Of a stretch of DNA of 64,000 nucleotides, positions 13,301 through 26,100 are shown in pieces. Origin of the DNA: Antedon mediterranea (taxonomy: Eukaryota; Animalia; Echinodermata); contig NC_092676.1 of assembly GCF_964355755.1 (NCBI RefSeq), forward strand, positions 17,378,871 to 17,442,870. The letters are read 5' to 3'. How positions within the stretch are numbered: the first letter of the stretch is position 1; every line of letters begins with the position of its first letter. The notes under the pieces were generated by a model. That model was not told the DNA's origin. It searched no databases and saw nothing but the letters and a program-made list of their open reading frames with translations. Made by a program: the position numbers and the translations under genes.

Positions 13301-13942
13301 AGGTTTTAGCCGATTCAGCTTAATATCCATAACATAAATTTTTGCACACATGGCATGTCATACTTGAGCTGAATCTAATTAAGAGTAAGAATGAAATGCC
13401 TGCTCTGCTGGTGGCTCTCTTAAAGAAAAACGATGTAAAAGTAAACAATCACAAAAGACTTTGGGACAAGTACTTTAATAAGGTAAAAAAATAAAAACAA
13501 GGCAAGAAAAATAGGTATTAACGTAGCCAAATTTGAATGTTGAATATTAGCTGGAAATAATACATATATTTTCTATATTTTTCAGCCTAAAATTAGTTTC
13601 CTAAAACTTTCCAGTCACAAGAAAACCAACAAAACTTCAAAAAGCACACCAGATTTAAATAGTTCTGATCTCGAACTACGAGAATTTTCAGGGTCTCCGT
13701 CGCCACGGGCAGAGAACGGTCTTGTTTTCAACGAACAACTACCCGCCTCTGAATTACCGATAATGAGTCAGGACGATAGCTACAGTAATTCAAGTTTCAA
13801 GATTTTGGCGGTGGAGCCCTTTCATCATCCATTTGGCGCTGTTTGCGATTCTAGTAGTTTAGACGGTAGTACGACCAGTGTTGACAATAAATCTCCTGAT
13901 GAGGCTTCGCACCAAACTCTTCTAAAACCACCTGTTTGTTAA
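1392..13942 (+). CDS. DUF4476-domain protein (PROSER1 N-terminal-like) with Ser-rich tail, ~299 aa, 8 coding exons
   Basis: Phase-consistent GT-AG exons 1392-1430, 9774-9839, 10042-10110, 11938-12032, 12537-12627, 13144-13227, 13384-13482, 13586-13942 (900 nt, no internal stop). N-terminus [120 protein letters not shown] resembles the DUF4476 pattern from memory. Exons 6-7 are less certain. Confidence 0.75.
1900..2460 (+). pseudogene. Decayed non-LTR retrotransposon ORF2 C-terminal fragment
   Basis: Zinc-knuckle-like CKMC...ETVNHFLFKCPS at ~2195-2260, with frameshifts around it. Boundaries approximate. Confidence 0.5.
3150..3570 (+). pseudogene. Decayed LINE reverse transcriptase C-terminal fragment (Rex1/CR1-like)
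   Basis: KEVEIVNNYKYLAVVFD*..W, then RLYCLRKL and later HPL-like motifs. Parallels the LINE at 17140-19183. Confidence 0.6.
4501..5426. mobile_element. Non-autonomous TIR element, TGT..ACA termini, 4-bp GGCC TSD (Ginger-like), with subterminal repeats
   Basis: tgtcac at 4501 and gtgaca at 5421-5426, ggcc on both sides. Many ccaaaa..ggtccgg subterminal repeats at 4508-4695, mirrored at 5325-5412. Confidence 0.7.
6079..9254 (+). mobile_element. P-superfamily (THAP9-like) DNA transposon, internally deleted
   Basis: Perfect 18-bp TIR caaagatcttatatacta at 6079-6096 and 9237-9254, enclosing a THAP plus P-transposase gene. Flanks do not form a matching TSD. Confidence 0.88.
6265..8741 (+). pseudogene. 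THAP9/P-element transposase pseudogene (spliced)
   Basis: THAP zinc finger split over exons ~6265-6378 (YCAAINC..FYNFPKD) and 7280-7560 (W..LCNIHF..AVPTIF). ORF 8067-8741 has P-transposase motifs (LPHPRSLKRWL, KPGF, SLDEMSLK, ALMFMVRS..RWKQ). It then jumps straight to a C-terminal-like segment, so most of the catalytic core is missing. 7-bp frameshifting duplication in exon 1. Confidence 0.88.
10890..11910 (-). pseudogene. RTE-clade LINE 3' fragment, interrupted by a MITE
   Basis: ORF 11438-11890 has LVFPIATYACETW, RIEAFEMWCWRKLLGIPW, KLQYFGHIARR. It continues as RGRQRLKWIDGI once 10977-11498 is removed. Confidence 0.85.
10977..11498. mobile_element. 522-bp MITE with ~37-bp TIRs and 3-bp TSD (PIF/Harbinger-like)
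   Basis: cgcccgtat(c/t)cttaaaccggactttagt(c/t)gtagttcga at both ends, tct duplicated. Removing it plus one TSD copy restores the RTE reading frame. Confidence 0.85.
12318..12454. mobile_element. Palindromic MITE family A
   Basis: TIR agct(ct)gtctacactatcaaa...tttgatagtgtagacagagct. Related copies at ~12645-12735 and ~12920-13020 (partial), ~26175-26317, ~42028-42190, ~53702-53853. Confidence 0.8.
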
Positions 13943-16900
13943 GCAGTTATTGTACAGGTGGTTGTTGGAAACCTGGACAATCATGGAATGTTTGTACTTT
14001 TTTCCAGGCCTGACTTTCATGATGGAAAGAAACATACAGTAAAAATGACAATGTTTTATTGTTTAGCTTTACTATTATATTTAAAACTATTTACACATTT
14101 AAACCGGCCATGTAAAATAGTAAAAAGTCATGTAATTTTAGCTAGGAGGTTCATGAAAAGGAAATTGTAATGTAAAAGAAACAAAATTAATCTTGTCTTG
14201 TTAAACAGCTTCTGTTTAATGAGAAACTAGGGTTAGCTCAGGAAATGCTTAAGTAATGCATGGTTTATTTATAAGATAATTATACTTCAAGGAAATATTA
14301 GCGAGGACCTAGATAATTTTGAAATGAAAAATAAAATTATCTGGTTAAAAGCTGTACAGTTTCCATAAACACAGTTACAGTTTAATAATGATTCTGATTT
14401 CTGATAATGATGACATTTTTATTGTAACCAGTCATATGATGTGCTCTTCCTCTGTACGCTTGACCCTTTGATGTCGAGAAATGTTAAAATAGTGAAATGT
14501 GTAGGGGCATGTTTTGTGTAGGTACAGTTATATATATGTTTGGCAATTTCTATGTTCATGTTACGACATAGGAATGAAAAAAATGTTACGTTATTTAGGC
14601 AATGTGGTATCCTTTTCCAAAAGAGATGCAGTTGATCTCTCATGTTTTTAAAATGGATTCCTCCGCCTCTCACTGAATAAATATGTTATCAAATCTAAAC
14701 GGTGCCATAACTCTTGCCCACATACAGAACGTAACAAACGAATCTTTACCTCGGCCAATGAATGGCCATTTCTATGATAATATAAAGTATTTAAATGTAC
14801 GTTGCGCACACACACCACAAGTTTAACAAATTAACTGGTCAGTTTAACATTTTATATAATTTTGATTTGGATCCTTTTTGTTTTTCTTTCTTTTGCCATT
14901 TCTTTGGTAAATAACTTTGTATAACGGAGAAAACTTGAATAATTTTACTGTATTGTGGTCCATGCACACGTTTGAAAATGGTGAAATCATGGTGAAATCA
15001 TGACGAACTCGTTGCCACATATTTTTACCTTAATTTAACTAACTTTAAAATCCAACGTCTTTCATACTATATTGTGTTTCTTGTAGTAGTTATTGCAATA
15101 ATTGCCTTGATTCCAAAGGTCTATATGTGCAAGGTACGATATTATACCGTAGTCCAATAGCTACTTTTTGATTTTGTAACAGACGTGTGTTTAATATTAT
15201 TTTACCACCTTGATGTATGTGCGTGTATGTATTAAAATAAAACAAGACATAAACTTTTCCTTTCTACTACTTTTTGCTTTCTAAATTGTAAACTTGGTTA
15301 AGGAATACTTTTGAAAATCGCGATCTGAAGAATCAAATATTTTTACCACGTCATTGAACTATTTAATGTTACATTAACATATAAGTTATAAATGGCTGAA
15401 TCAATCCGGAATGCCTTGCATATTTTCCAGAATGTAATGCAGCAGTGCGAAATACAAGTACGACGGCAGCTATATCTTTTAAGGACATATTACACAAATT
15501 CTACTTTAACTTCGGTAAAAACATGAGCAGTTTTTTACACTAATCATGCGGCAGTTAAAATAGTTTCTTCTGAACATTTTTTTTATGGCTGGGACTTCTG
15601 CATAGAAAATAATATTGATATAACTAACAAGCCACCAAATTGTTCTGCTACTTTCGAGTCAGTTAATGGGTTACCCTCGGAGTTACCCTACCTTATTCTT
15701 GTTAGTTTTTGGCCCATCTGACACAACGTCTGGTTAAATTAGGGCATATGATTCAAATTTAGGTACCCAAACCAAACGGACGTGTACGTATACTCGTCAG
15801 CAGCTCTTCTAATATTTGAAGCTCACAGTGCCCATGGTACACCCCCCACATCGCCCGAGAATTTCGTAGAATTTGCAGGCCCGAAATAAATGATACACTT
15901 GTTTTCAGGGAGGTGCAACAAAATTAATAAATTAAAATTGTTCTAAAAAATTAAAACCTCAATTTAATGAACGTTGCATCAAATTATCAATTTAAAGTTT
16001 GAAATACATATTTACAATACAATTTACCGGATTATATTAATTCATTTAGGCTACTATAATTGTGAACAATTATTTACAAAGAGTAGGCTATGAATAGACG
16101 TACATATGTTTTACTTATCCCCATTCAACTATTTTAGTTAGTTCCTGACGAATAAAGTTGTAGACATTGTTACTACGAAAACCGGCAGAGGCAGTCCATT
16201 TCATGCCTAGCTTACCTGGATAAACCAACAATAGCCTTTGCTCCTCGAAGAGCAAGATATAGTATAACTCGAAAAGTAAAAGTTTTTATTGAATCCCCCT
16301 CTCCACAAATGTAATTAGGCCTACTTTGGGTTTGAAAACAACATTAGGTCCTATACAGCATGGTAAGTTCTGAACTGTACCTTAATGAAAACAATCAATT
16401 GTAGGGCTATGATACTAATAAGATCGAGTAAACATGCATGATATTATGTATTGTGAGTGAGAAATTTTAACTAGCATCTGGATTTTTAAGTCATTCTGGG
16501 TTGTAGAATGGCTTGTCATGACTTAATGCCATTATTATAAAATAGTATACAATGATTAAAAGTAGAAAAAGATTGTGAAAGTCGGCTGGAAGAAAAATTC
16601 TCCCAACATTTTATCTACATTGTGGGATCTAAATATAAATTCATAACTGTCCACTGAGATTCATCCCTCCCCATTACCGGCGTCAAGAAATGTGTAAAGG
16701 CGTACTGTAGAACAATATCTGTGTATCACAGGCCTATGCTAAATAGCCCAAAAGACACATTTTACTAAAATCCAAATGAATACCAAACTTTTTCCCATTT
16801 GGTAATTACATTTCTATTTATCGTAAAATATCGTTATCGTTAAGTTTAGCATTTCCATGTGTGCTTTAGATTGAAGATGGACGCGCTGATAGTAAATCTG

Positions 16901-17139
16901 TAAGTGAAGATAAAAGCACAAACGAACACCCTCGTCCTTATAATTACATAGGCCTACATTATTTTTTTTAAAGTGAATTAAACATACCTTAAGTTTAAGC
17001 TTGCTTCCCACCCAGCGATGAAGGCTGCAACTACACCACAAACAAATTGCTACTTAGCAAAGGAAAAAGCTGCATTTGCTTAATATGTAAATGAACCAAA
17101 TACTATTGCGTCTAAAAAATAACCCAAGCGATCAATAAC

Positions 17140-19183
17140 CAACAAAGGATTGTTTTGATAGAACAGATTGGGATACGTTTAAGAGCGATTCACTTGACGA
17201 CACGGTAGAAAGATGCTCAGCATATATTAAGTTTTGTGAGGACTCCATTGTACCAATCAAATTCGTAAAAATCTATGCAAATAATAAACCATGGGTTTCA
17301 AAGGAATTAAGATTACTAATGAAAGAAAAATATGAAACGTTTAAACAAGGAGATTTCAAAGCCAGTAAAATTAGACAAAGAGACGTGAGACGAGTAATTA
17401 AAAGAGATAAGCAGAACTATGCCAAACACATTTAAGTCAGGTGATATTAGAACGTTTGGAAAAGTATGAATAAAGTTACGGGTAATTACAAAGTTGCATT
17501 TAATAAGAGTAAGGATACTGACATCACAGCAGATAACTTAAATACTTTTTATGTCAGGTTTGAAAAAAGTAACTTTTCGGATTTACGGGAAAAACAAAAT
17601 GAAAATGTTATGGGCTCAATCAGAGAAGAAGGAAATAACAATATCCTAATTAATATAACTTATGTGGAACAAACCCTAAAAAAAAGTCAAGTCCAAGAAA
17701 GCCACAGGGCCAGATCAAATCTCAAGGAAAGTTCTGAAGACCTGTTATTTTCAATTAAAGTATATTTTTCATTACCTATTTCAGTGGTCGGTTGATGTAT
17801 GTCGTGTACTAAAACTTTGGAAGTCTGCTATTATCACATCGATTCCAAAAAATGATAAATGTACTGTTTGCAATGACTATAGGCCAGTGGCATTAACAGC
17901 CATCCCCATGACATGCTTTGAGAAAATTATAAAAAATATATTAAATAATGAGACAAAGGGTATGATTGATAGCAACCAATTTGCTTATAGGGAAAAAAGG
18001 GGCGTAGTTGACGCAGTTATGACGCTCACGCAAAAGGTGTATGGTCATCTTGAATATCCAAATAACTATGCTAGATTATTATTTTTAGATTTTTCTGCAG
18101 CGTTCAATACAATTCAGCCTCATTTACTTACAGATAAATTATTAAAGTTAGGAATAAATCCACGATTAAATCTCTGGATTTCTGATTTCTTAAATGAAAG
18201 AACACAGATTGTTAAGTTTAGGGGTAGCGTATCTAAGCAGTTAACTTGTAATACAGGTGCACCACAGGGATGCGTTCTCTCACCCTTACTTTTTTCATTA
18301 TATTCTGATTTTTATAGTGATATTGATCCAAGTAAATCATTTAATGTTAAGTTTGCAGATGATACTTGCCTAGTTGGTTTAATTTCAAATAATAATACAT
18401 CCCTGTTCAATGAATATGTTGAACAATTTGTAGTCTGGTGTAAACTAAATTTTCTTGAACTAAATGTCAAAAAAACTAAAGAGGTTATTGTCGATTTTAG
18501 AAGGAAAAATAAAACTAATCATGTAAATATTGAAATTGATAATGAAATTGTTGAAATAGTAGAAAGTCATAAGTACTTGGGATTAATAATTGATAATAAA
18601 CTAAATTGGGAGAGCAACACTAAAGAGCTCCGTACCAAGGCTAATAAGAGAATGTACTTTATATACAAAATGAAACGGTTTAATGTTAGTTCTCATCTCA
18701 TTCATATGTTTTATTCCTCTGTTGTTTAATCAATCATTTCTTATTGTATTATTGTTTGGTTTTCTCATATCAATGTAAACAGTAAAAGTAAAATTCAGAG
18801 ATTAGTAAACAAGGCCAGCAGAGTTATCGGTGTAGAAGTGAAACCGTTAGATGAAATGTTTAATACATTCATACTTCAGAAATTTGACACAATTATGCAA
18901 GACCCATCACACCCATTACATTCAGACATCATTATAAGTAGATCAGGAAGGGTTAGACTGACACAGAAAAAAATATCCACAAACCGTTTCAGATTTTCAC
19001 CAATGTACATAGCATGCAATTTATTTAACAAAAACTTTTCAAGATAGTCACTTGTATCATTTGTATTTATTTATATAGTTATCACATCGTATTATTTATT
19101 CTACTCAGGTACAAAACATATCTCGAAATTGCTAAAAAAGTTGACAATAAAGTTATCTTGTATCTTTTATCTTGTATCTTGTA
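17140..19183 (+). mobile_element. 5'-truncated Rex1/Babar-like LINE, disrupted RT ORF
   Basis: TDW..YIKFCED..NNKPW at the 5' end. NDYRPVALT, QFAYR, LFLDFSAAFNTI, GAPQGCVLSPLLFSLY, KFADD, KYLG, DPSHPLH further on. Several stops and frameshifts. aataaa at ~19147 followed by an (atcttgt)n tail. Confidence 0.9.
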
Positions 19184-19569
19184 TCGAAAGCTGACATCGG
19201 GAGCTCGAGATTATGATTAGAATCTCAAAACATCTGGAAATTTAGTCAGTTTTCAAAATAACCGAACAAGAAAAGATTTTTATCCATTGTCTTAGTTAGA
19301 TGATATTCATAATATACAGAAATAAAGCATTGTTCTGCGAAAAGATTACAAATCTGTAACAATCTGTAACAGTCTATGGCATGAAACCATGGAACTATCT
19401 ATCTCTTATTTTAACAATTATTATACGTATTTAATATTTATTCACACTTCAGGTGTACAATGAAACAGGAAGTTGGTTTATAAAACAATATTTTGGTCAT
19501 GGTGTTTTGTACATTATTATTCCAATAATAAAAACCAATTTTTCGAATCGCCATGTTGTGTTATCCATA

Positions 19570-19770
19570 CAAGCCTTGCCCCAAGCAAGTCAATTAAACA
19601 AGCAACAGGACAGTCCTTTGATCTTATGTCTGGCTGCTACAAATACCAATAGCACTGTATTACAGGTGTACGTCAATATTCTCAGCGGCGCGCAGTGTCT
19701 GTCACAGCCCTTTGATCCCCGGAGCTCAGCATTCTGTTGTTGGATTGCCCTGCCCCAAGTATCCTAGTTT
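19570..19770. repeat. Unclassified dispersed repeat, diverged copy at ~22150-22365
   Basis: Shared blocks in the same order: acagtcctttgat, atgtctggctgc, aataccaat, gcgc.cagtgtct, tttgatc, ctgttgtt.gattg.c.tgcccc. Confidence 0.65.
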
Positions 19771-20159
19771 ATGAAACGATATTTGGTCATGGTTTTTTGT
19801 TATATTATTATTCCAATAATATTCCAATACAATTCACAGCAGTAACGATATTAAAAGCAATGAATGTGCCTATGAACAAAGAATATTTTCAGTCGTTTTC
19901 TCTCTGAAGAAATAGTTTTAATTGAAAATCTGCAGTTGATTTATCCTTCATTCATGGTCTTTTTGTGATGTGTGGTGCAATAATATTTTACTTTTTAATG
20001 AATATTGTATTGGTATTTCACCTGTAATCACCTGTCTTGTCGGGCTCGTAAGTAGACCATACATTTCTGTATGGTACATGTCATGCCCTCCCAATTTCAT
20101 CAAGTCATCAATGCATGGTTTTTTTTTTGGTTTTTTTTTTCATTCGTTTCCTTGATTTA

Positions 20160-20600
20160 AATTCTTCTGCAATACACTTTATCCCATAAAAGTAAATTTG
20201 TTGTATTTTCTTTCAATGAATTTATCAAGTTTATTTTTAAAGGCGTTTACTGTGGTGGTGTTAACGGCTTAATAATTCAACTTCAAAGTTGCAATGAAAG
20301 TACATTGATTGATTAATTGATTTATTGTATCAAATTAAGATATCTATTCTATTCTATATAGGTTTTTATATGGCGCCCTACAAAGAACAGATCGCTTAAC
20401 AATACTTAGTAATTAATTAAAAAGAGTTTAAGTTGACGTTTAAATAGAGGTGCCGAATTCGCGTTCCAGATCTGCGGAGCGGCGACAGAAAAAGCAGCTT
20501 TCCGATTAGATCGAAAAGTCGGGTGGGATCATTAGAGGAGCTAAGTCGACATCTATAATTAAATGAAAGCTGGTCAAGGTTAAACTTAATTAATTCAAAA
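20160..20600 (-). pseudogene. CR1/L2-type LINE 3'-end remnants (two adjacent pieces)
   Basis: Minus strand reads AAFSVAAPQIWNA..FKRQLK (~20420-20500) and TTVNAFKNKLDKF (~20215-20265), typical ORF2 termini. Confidence 0.6.
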
Positions 20601-22547
20601 ATGATTTGATTAAATAAATAAAATAAACACAATAATAATAATTAGTGAATGTTGTTTTATTGCACAGTATAGTACATTAATGATCATTATAAATATGTTG
20701 ACCAAGTTCAAAGGTTATATCTCTCAGTGGAGAAGTCTACACCAACCTTCTGATTCGATAGATGATGACAAAGTTTTTTTTCGTATTTATGAAATATTAA
20801 GAATACAATTCCCACTCAATTTTACACCCACTAATGCTTTTCTAGTTACTTCGCAGTAGAGCCACCTCCCACTCATCAAAATACTGGAGCCGTTATTAAC
20901 TATTATTCTCCTAAATACATTCAGTACAACATATACATGTTAAAATTCATAATTATTTACAAATAATGAATATAAATGTCTGATGAAAGTACAGTTGAAT
21001 GAATACAGACTCTTTAATTAAGACCACCCTCCCAAATAGTGACCACTTTTCTGTGGACTAAATGATACAATACGTACATAATCATCAAATATACTCTAAT
21101 TTAAAAAAATAATGACTGCTTAAAAAGACCAATATTTCTATTTCTGAAAATTCATGTATAGGAACGAAACGCTGGGTGGGAGAGTGTGGTTTTATGGATA
21201 TTCAAAGTTGATTATTTAATTAGAGAAAGAATTGTATGGAAACAATTTCTAGAAAAGTAGGTATAACTCAAAAGCATTTAAAAGAAAGCAAAAATTACCC
21301 CAATAACAGTAAATTAATAAACTAATAATTTTCCATAGCAAGTTGGCGGGTATCTAGTAAAGATGGAGAATGTAATATTTCTGAAAATGAGAATTTTATA
21401 TCATGTTATTTACAATAGGAAACATATGACTTTGCTAAATGGGTAAAACCCCCAAAACAATTTGAAAAATATTTAGTACAATTTATTTACAATGATGAAA
21501 CATAATTTGATCCTAATAAAGGTAATTGCATAACTTATAATATTTAAAATTGTAAACAGATATACAATAATTATGAAATTTATTTTAATTCTTTGATTAT
21601 AAGTAGATTTTGTTTAAAAATATTGACAATTTAATCAAGATTGAGGACACAATTTGGAATTATACACTATACTTAACTTTTTAAAATGTTATTTCTTTGT
21701 CAAATTGAAAGCAGATATTTTTTATTTCAAATATAGATACTTATTAAAGAAACTTAAAATTGAGTTGATCTATTTATAATTTGATATTTTGTTGCTACGT
21801 AGCTTTTAAATATATAAAATTGTTGTGGTACACTGATGAATGGAACAATTTGAGTTTGATGTCAATAACATGACGTTGAAACTAAAATCGTTAAAAATTA
21901 AAACACAAATTGCAAGTGAATGCTGCGAGCAGATCAGTTGACATAATGTTCCACAAATTATTTATGGTAGTGACTGAAAATAAACTTTAATAAAGTATTA
22001 ATGTACTACACAGTATGCTGTAGGCCTAGTATACACAGAAAGCAGCAATCAGAGCAGTTACTACAATATTTCCTAGGTGGCTGTACCACAGAAAAGCTGT
22101 ATTAAAAAATGTGCACTTTTTGGCCATGTTGTATTATCCATACTAGGACTGAGCCAGCTTGTCTTGCCAAGATAGGAACTCCTAACAGTCCTTTGATATA
22201 CAGTAATGTCTGGCTGCAACTAATACCAATTAGTACTGCACTATGTACATATACTCCGCAGCGCACAGTGTCTAGTAAGATGATTGAAACTGATCCTGTC
22301 ATGGCCACAGATAAGCCATTTGATCTCCAAAGCGGAGCATCCTGTTGTTAGATTGACTTGCCCCGTGCATGTGTTTTTAACTTTTGCTACAGTTCAATTA
22401 TAGGTATGAAACGCCATGTGTGCTAAAATCTTTTATGAATAAAACCGAATCACCATCTACAACCTAGACTGAATATAAACTACTTACAATAAATGAATAA
22501 CAGTATTCAGTACGGTATGCAGATTTTTTATAACTTCAAAAGGAAAA

Positions 22548-22742
22548 GTGAAATTATTTAATTGTAAGAGTTAAATTAATTAAGTGTAATAGTTAAATTA
22601 ATTAATTGTAAGAGTGAAATTAATTAATTGTAAGAGTGAAATTAATTAATTGTAAAAGTAAAATTAATTAATTGTAAGAGTGAAATTAATTAATTGTAAA
22701 AGTAAAATTAATTAATTGTAAGAGTGAAATTAATTAATTTCA
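22548..22742. repeat. 22-bp AT-rich minisatellite, ~9 copies
   Basis: Unit gtgaaattaattaattgtaaga in tandem with few variants. Confidence 0.92.
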
Positions 22743-23152
22743 CTATTTCCTTGTTATAATTTGATCATACCATGCAGGTATTAAACATCTAAAAATCGAA
22801 TTGCCAGCAAAGTGATGAGAATAGGGCAGTGACTAAAAATAGCCGCCTTATCTGCATATGCAGATAATGCAGGTGTAGTGTGCGTAACCAGGTATTGGGT
22901 GTGGCTTTGAATCGGCGTATATATGACCAATTGAGGATATAGCAACGTTGAGTGGTTACTTTCCATTGTGTATTGTTGTTGGCGCATTAAGTTACACTCT
23001 TCACAGACATAATAAACAAACTTAATATATCATAAATTGCATAAATTATCATAACTATATTCTCCCCATTCAATAAACATTAATCATTATATATATATTA
23101 AATGAGAAATTATTTGGAAGTGGGTAAACAAAAAAAATAAACAACCCTAAAT

Positions 23153-26100
23153 TTAAGTTAATGGTTTCTTGTAAATCCAACCATCACCATTTTTGGAAAA
23201 GAATTGTGTTTCCCATTGTTTTTTGGTTTGTTTTCTGTGCTTTTCCTCTTGCCGTTGCCTCTCTTCAAGCTGAAACAATACATTAAAAATCTCAATTAAA
23301 TAATAAAAATGGATGGATATATCAATAAATGTTGGCAGGCTTATATAGGGGATCAGATTATTTATACATAATCAATAGTGGGTGAAACAGGGTGTCAGGT
23401 GACATGCCTATATATGACACTGCATGATATGTGTTGGATAAATATGAATAAATAAAAATGTATAACTCAAAGAGAAATAAATAATTAATCTAATAAAAAA
23501 ACTACGAAAATTGAACAGAAAACATGGTTTTTATGATAAAAATATGAACTGTAATGCATATGGTATAGGTTCCCATTCACAATTAGCAGAATGCACCAAT
23601 CAGTATTCATCTAACAAAGTAATCTAACAAAGCTAATAATAACCTAGATTGATTTTGGGTTCACCAATAGTTAGCCTGGCAAGTTGGGACGAGGATAATT
23701 AGTCAAGCGTAACATAGTGACCAGGTGTTTAAATCTATCGGTCACCCACTATATAGTGGTCTTTACCCATAATGGTTAAGAATTCAATTAATGTACCTGT
23801 TTCTTGTGTTCAGTTGCTGTATTTAAATCACCAAGTTTTAAGCTATTTGTTACATGCTGCCAAAGTTTACGAGATTCATATGGATGCTGTACCTCTAGAG
23901 GTCGTACACTCTTTGGAACGGCTGCAAGTCTTGCTGTATCTATCTGTTTCTTTTCACCCTAAAAAAAAATTGTGTTCTTTTATACTATAAAAGCAATGCA
24001 AGAGACACTAAATCATGAATCACAAAACCAGGCTGTTCGACATGTATTTTAGGTGCTGCTAAGTGTTAAGGCGAGACCTATTCTCTCTTCTAAAGCTTGG
24101 TTCCCACTAGCAACGCAACGCAAGGACGTAGCGCAACGCAAGTGAATTGACCAATCACAAGCGAATCTGTCTATAACTTCGCTTGTCATTGGTTAAAACG
24201 CTTGCGTTGCGTTTACGTCCTTGCGTTACGTTCTAGTGGGAACCAAGCTTAAACAATCTTAACTGGCTTAGAATTGTAGAATTAATATAGCACTAGAGTA
24301 CCTTCAAGATTTTATTAAATTGTATGAATGTAAAATAAGAGGCTTCAATCTGAGACTACATAGCAAACTACTGTACAAACCGATTACTATGCACATGTTT
24401 CAAATCTGGCTCTGTGCTCTGAAATGTTTTTCCAGTGCAAAGAAGACAGGGTCACATTTTTTTAAACTTGGCGATTAAAAATTATTATTCACTCAACCAT
24501 GCCTAACTGGTCTAGAAATAACAAGCAGCCTTGTTCTCACAAACCTAAACCCAACCCCCATCCTTAAAAATGACATTTCTAGCATACCGTTGCATATGTA
24601 AGTTCTAAAAGACCATTCCACTCTCCTGAGGCCTTGCAGATGACAACACCAGAACGATTCTTAACTTCAGCTGTAACTCTGTGAACTTTACCTCCATAAA
24701 ATGGCTGTAAAAAAAAACCATTAACAGTATATTTTCGCATAGAAGAGAAAAATCTGAAACTTCATCTTATCTTTTTGCACAATAAAAATGTAAATGTAAT
24801 AACAATCGTCCTCAAGAAATTCAGATTAGGCCCTTTACGGATCCACTGCAGCAAGCAGTGCAGAACCTACACAGATGAATGACAGGTGATGATGTTTGCC
24901 CTTTTGCCACACATCCTTTTCGCCACCAGGCCCTTTGCCACCTGGGCTTTCGACACACTGCCCTTTGCCACCTTAGGCATGATGCCACCCAGCCTTTGTA
25001 ATGAGTTTTTTTTAAAGGAAACAGAACACGACATCCTACCTTAGTAAGAAATGTGACAGATGCATGGTGTCCAGTTTGTTGACAATGAATATTGACCTTT
25101 CCACCTAACTCCATCCAAGGAACTGTTAATATTGACCTTCCAAATGCACTTGGAAATGTAAATGTATAATTTTCATTGTGTTCTAAGAGATGAATATTAC
25201 CTAAAAAAAAAATGTTATAAATCATTGTATCTTATATTACTTATACATCTAGAATTAGAGTCTAACACCTGAAGATTGAGGAGGTATTTTTATCTCTCTC
25301 ATAAACCAGTATGTAGTTTTAATAAATATGTTGAAATATTAACCGGAGTCTTGATTTTTCATTTACATCTAGAATTATATATCTTAATGAAAAGATGTTT
25401 TCATACAGATTTTGATAATGGTCTGGAAATTCTCTTGCTGTTCAAAAACACAGTATACAGTAGTAGGATTTACCATGATTGTCGGGGAAATAAATAGGAT
25501 AATTCCTGATAAAAATAAAACAATACTCTACTGAGTGTGGCCAATCAAGTATTTTCATCTTAAAAACGACTAATTTCAAATATCGTTGGGAGCTTTCGGG
25601 GAATCCTCCCTAACCCCCTTGAAAGTCTCAGCCAACAGATGCTAGCTTTGGCAAATCCCAGTGTCACCATTGTTATAATTTATTTAACTGGTATTAGGGC
25701 CATTTCTTTTAATCGTAAAGTGCTTTTTTACTATTAAGCGTGTCTCGAGACAAAATAAAAAGGGTTAGTTTTTTTCCAAAAAAGCAAATTAATTTTCCTA
25801 TACTGTATAAATCTGTCAACATCACAATCTGTATATGTGCTAGATTTGAATGAGAACCAACACAATAAGCATTACAGTCAAATACTGCGTAAATGTTTAT
25901 TGTAAATGCAATGATTTGGGATCATGCACATTTATGTTCATTTACAACAATCTGAGATGTATGGCATGCATTTTGGGTAATAAACTTAAGAACCTACCGT
26001 CACCAACCATCACTACGCCAACAGACATTCCCATGAACTTTGACTTTGTCCATATCCATGAGTTCATACTGATTCTTTTCTCAGGACATTCAGTGTAAAA

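Noticed and set aside
17887-18729. Stand-alone RT of a retron, DGR or defence system
   Set aside because: Motifs, flanking broken ORF pieces and the microsatellite tail identify an ordinary non-LTR retrotransposon.
24895-24995. Repeated RWQRA peptide extending the ORP exon
   Set aside because: Lies past the GT donor at 25039; it is an intronic cctttgccac repeat remnant.
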